A DNA stretch of 63,953 nt, filler included, from Octopus bimaculoides (lineage: Eukaryota): assembly GCF_001194135.2 (NCBI RefSeq). It is 6 parts of 6 records of this genome, joined end to end, with 100 filler letters (N's around TTAATTAATTAA, not from the genome) between each part and the next. Parts side by side here need not be neighbours in the genome. Positions count along the whole stretch, not along the records: positions 56,952 to 62,511 come from NC_068997.1; positions 62,612 to 63,953 come from NC_068986.1; 4 more parts are not named here. The stretch is one strand, 5' to 3'. Below the pieces are notes generated by a model that was not told the DNA's origin, searched no databases, and saw nothing but the letters and a program-made list of their open reading frames with translations. Within the stretch, counting starts at the first letter, position 1; every line of letters begins with the position of its first letter. Positions 62,494 to 63,953 of this stretch are shown piece after piece. Both the position numbers and the translations under genes were made by a program.

Positions 62494-62939
62494 CATTATT
62501 ATTATTATTATNNNNNNNNNNNNNNNNNNNNNNNNNNNNNNNNNNNNNNNNNNNNTTAATTAATTAANNNNNNNNNNNNNNNNNNNNNNNNNNNNNNNNN
62601 NNNNNNNNNNNTATTAACGAGTTGTGTAGGCACGAGGCATTTCGTTATGCATGACGTGCCTAAAGTCGTTAATAGTGACTATGAAGTATCATTCAGATAC
62701 AGTATATCTCTATGAGGTCATTGATATTTCTCCAACGATATATTCTGAAGAATGAATAATCGGATGCGTCTACCTTTTAGTAAACTGTTGGTTAGAGCAA
62801 GGATTCTCTCAACTCTCTTTCTCTTGTATTCTCTTTACATGAATGCCCAGGAATTATCTGACTGCAGACATGGAAATGGTAAGCTGACAGAATCAGAAAC
62901 ACTTTGGATAGAATGCTTAGCCATCCAACAATGTTTATA

Positions 62940-63608
62940 ACCCTGTAGTGTTCAGTATCCAGCTGTGTTCACTATGTAGTGTGCATACGAATTATAAAGA
63001 AGTAATCATTACTCTCCAACAGCGTTCATTATCCAACAGTGTTCATAGCCCCAAAGAATTTACTGTTCATCTGCGTTCACTATCTAAGATTCTTACCATT
63101 TTACAGTGTATATAACTGAGCACTGTTCATTATCCAACAGTTTCTATTAAACAACAGTATATCTTTTCTAAAGTCTAATAGAGATCTCCATCTAATACTG
63201 TTCACTACCCAACAGTGTTCAGTATTCTATAGTGTTTATTACCCAACACTTTTTACTAACAAACAGCATTCAATCTCCAGAAGAAGTCATTACCCAACAG
63301 TGATCATTTTCTAACAATGTCTATTCACGTTGTTCAATATTTAACTACGTACATTTTCCATGAGTCTCCGCTGCATATCACTGTTCACTGACAAACTCTG
63401 TCCTCCATCCTGCGACGTTCATTATCCGACAGGGTTCAGTATCCTGTTTCCTAACAGGCAATGTTCCTCATCCAGCAGTGTTCACCATAAACCAATGCCT
63501 ATTATCTAGCATTATTTACAATCCTATAACATTAGTTACCTGACATTTTTCACAATCCATCCACGTTCATTATACAACAATGTTAATTATCCTACATTGC
63601 TCCTTATC
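62940..63608 (+). repeat. Old diverged ~17-bp minisatellite, consensus TGTTCATTATCCAACAG
   Basis: Recurrent near-matches, e.g. CGTTCATTATCCAACAG, TGTTCATTATCCAACAG, TGTTCACTACCCAACAG, CGTTCATTATCCGACAG. Confidence 0.7.
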
Positions 63609-63953
63609 NNNNNNNNNNNNNNNNNNNNNNNNNNNNNNNNNNNNNNNNNNNNNNNNNNNNNNNNNNNNNNNNNNNNNNNNNNNNNNNNNNNNNNNNNNNN
63701 NNNNNNNNATAACTTCCAACTTTTTAATGGAGGCCATCAAATATGAATGGATTTTCCAAACCTATATCTGCTCAGAAAGCTATATAAGCCGATATTCCAT
63801 CGTTAAATGAACACAGTTTCATAGCCAACAGTGGAACTACAACCTGACTTTCTCGTAAAACCTTGTTCATAACGAAAATCACACAAAATGAATAACTGTA
63901 AGTATGAGGTCTTCATAATATACATACATACACATATACATACATATATACAT

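Noticed and set aside
62849-62885. Possible 28-nt micro-exon (CAG|GAATT...AAATG|GTAAGC), and scattered GTAAGT/GTGAGT donors at ~4077, ~7178, ~8479
   Set aside because: Such motifs are expected many times by chance in this much sequence, and no coherent reading frame links them.

Overview
Gap-rich, AT-rich animal genomic DNA. The repeat repertoire looks like an octopod cephalopod (inference from recognising the repeats; not database-checked). I could not support any intact host protein-coding exon, tRNA/rRNA gene or CRISPR array. Most listed ORFs are microsatellite or N-gap artefacts. The window is dominated by: (i) at least four tRNA-headed SINE families, over 30 copies or fragments in total; (ii) decayed non-LTR retrotransposons (R4/Dong-type RLE elements including a head-to-tail pair at a (TAA)n tract, L1/Tx1, RTE and CR1-like pieces); (iii) decayed DNA transposons (a full-length mariner with TIRs, two more mariner relics, a Tigger/pogo transposase relic and MITE, and a Merlin/IS1016-type element with 8-bp TSDs nested in a SINE); (iv) many micro- and minisatellites and several long inverted repeats. 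The most notable signal is several distinct families of minimal type-I hammerhead-ribozyme-like motifs of the kind known from Penelope-like elements and retrozymes. One is fused behind a tRNA-derived Pol III head. Every copy carries core lesions, so self-cleavage is unproven. Five identical N44-TTAATTAATTAA-N44 spacers look like artificial joins, so adjacency across them should not be trusted.
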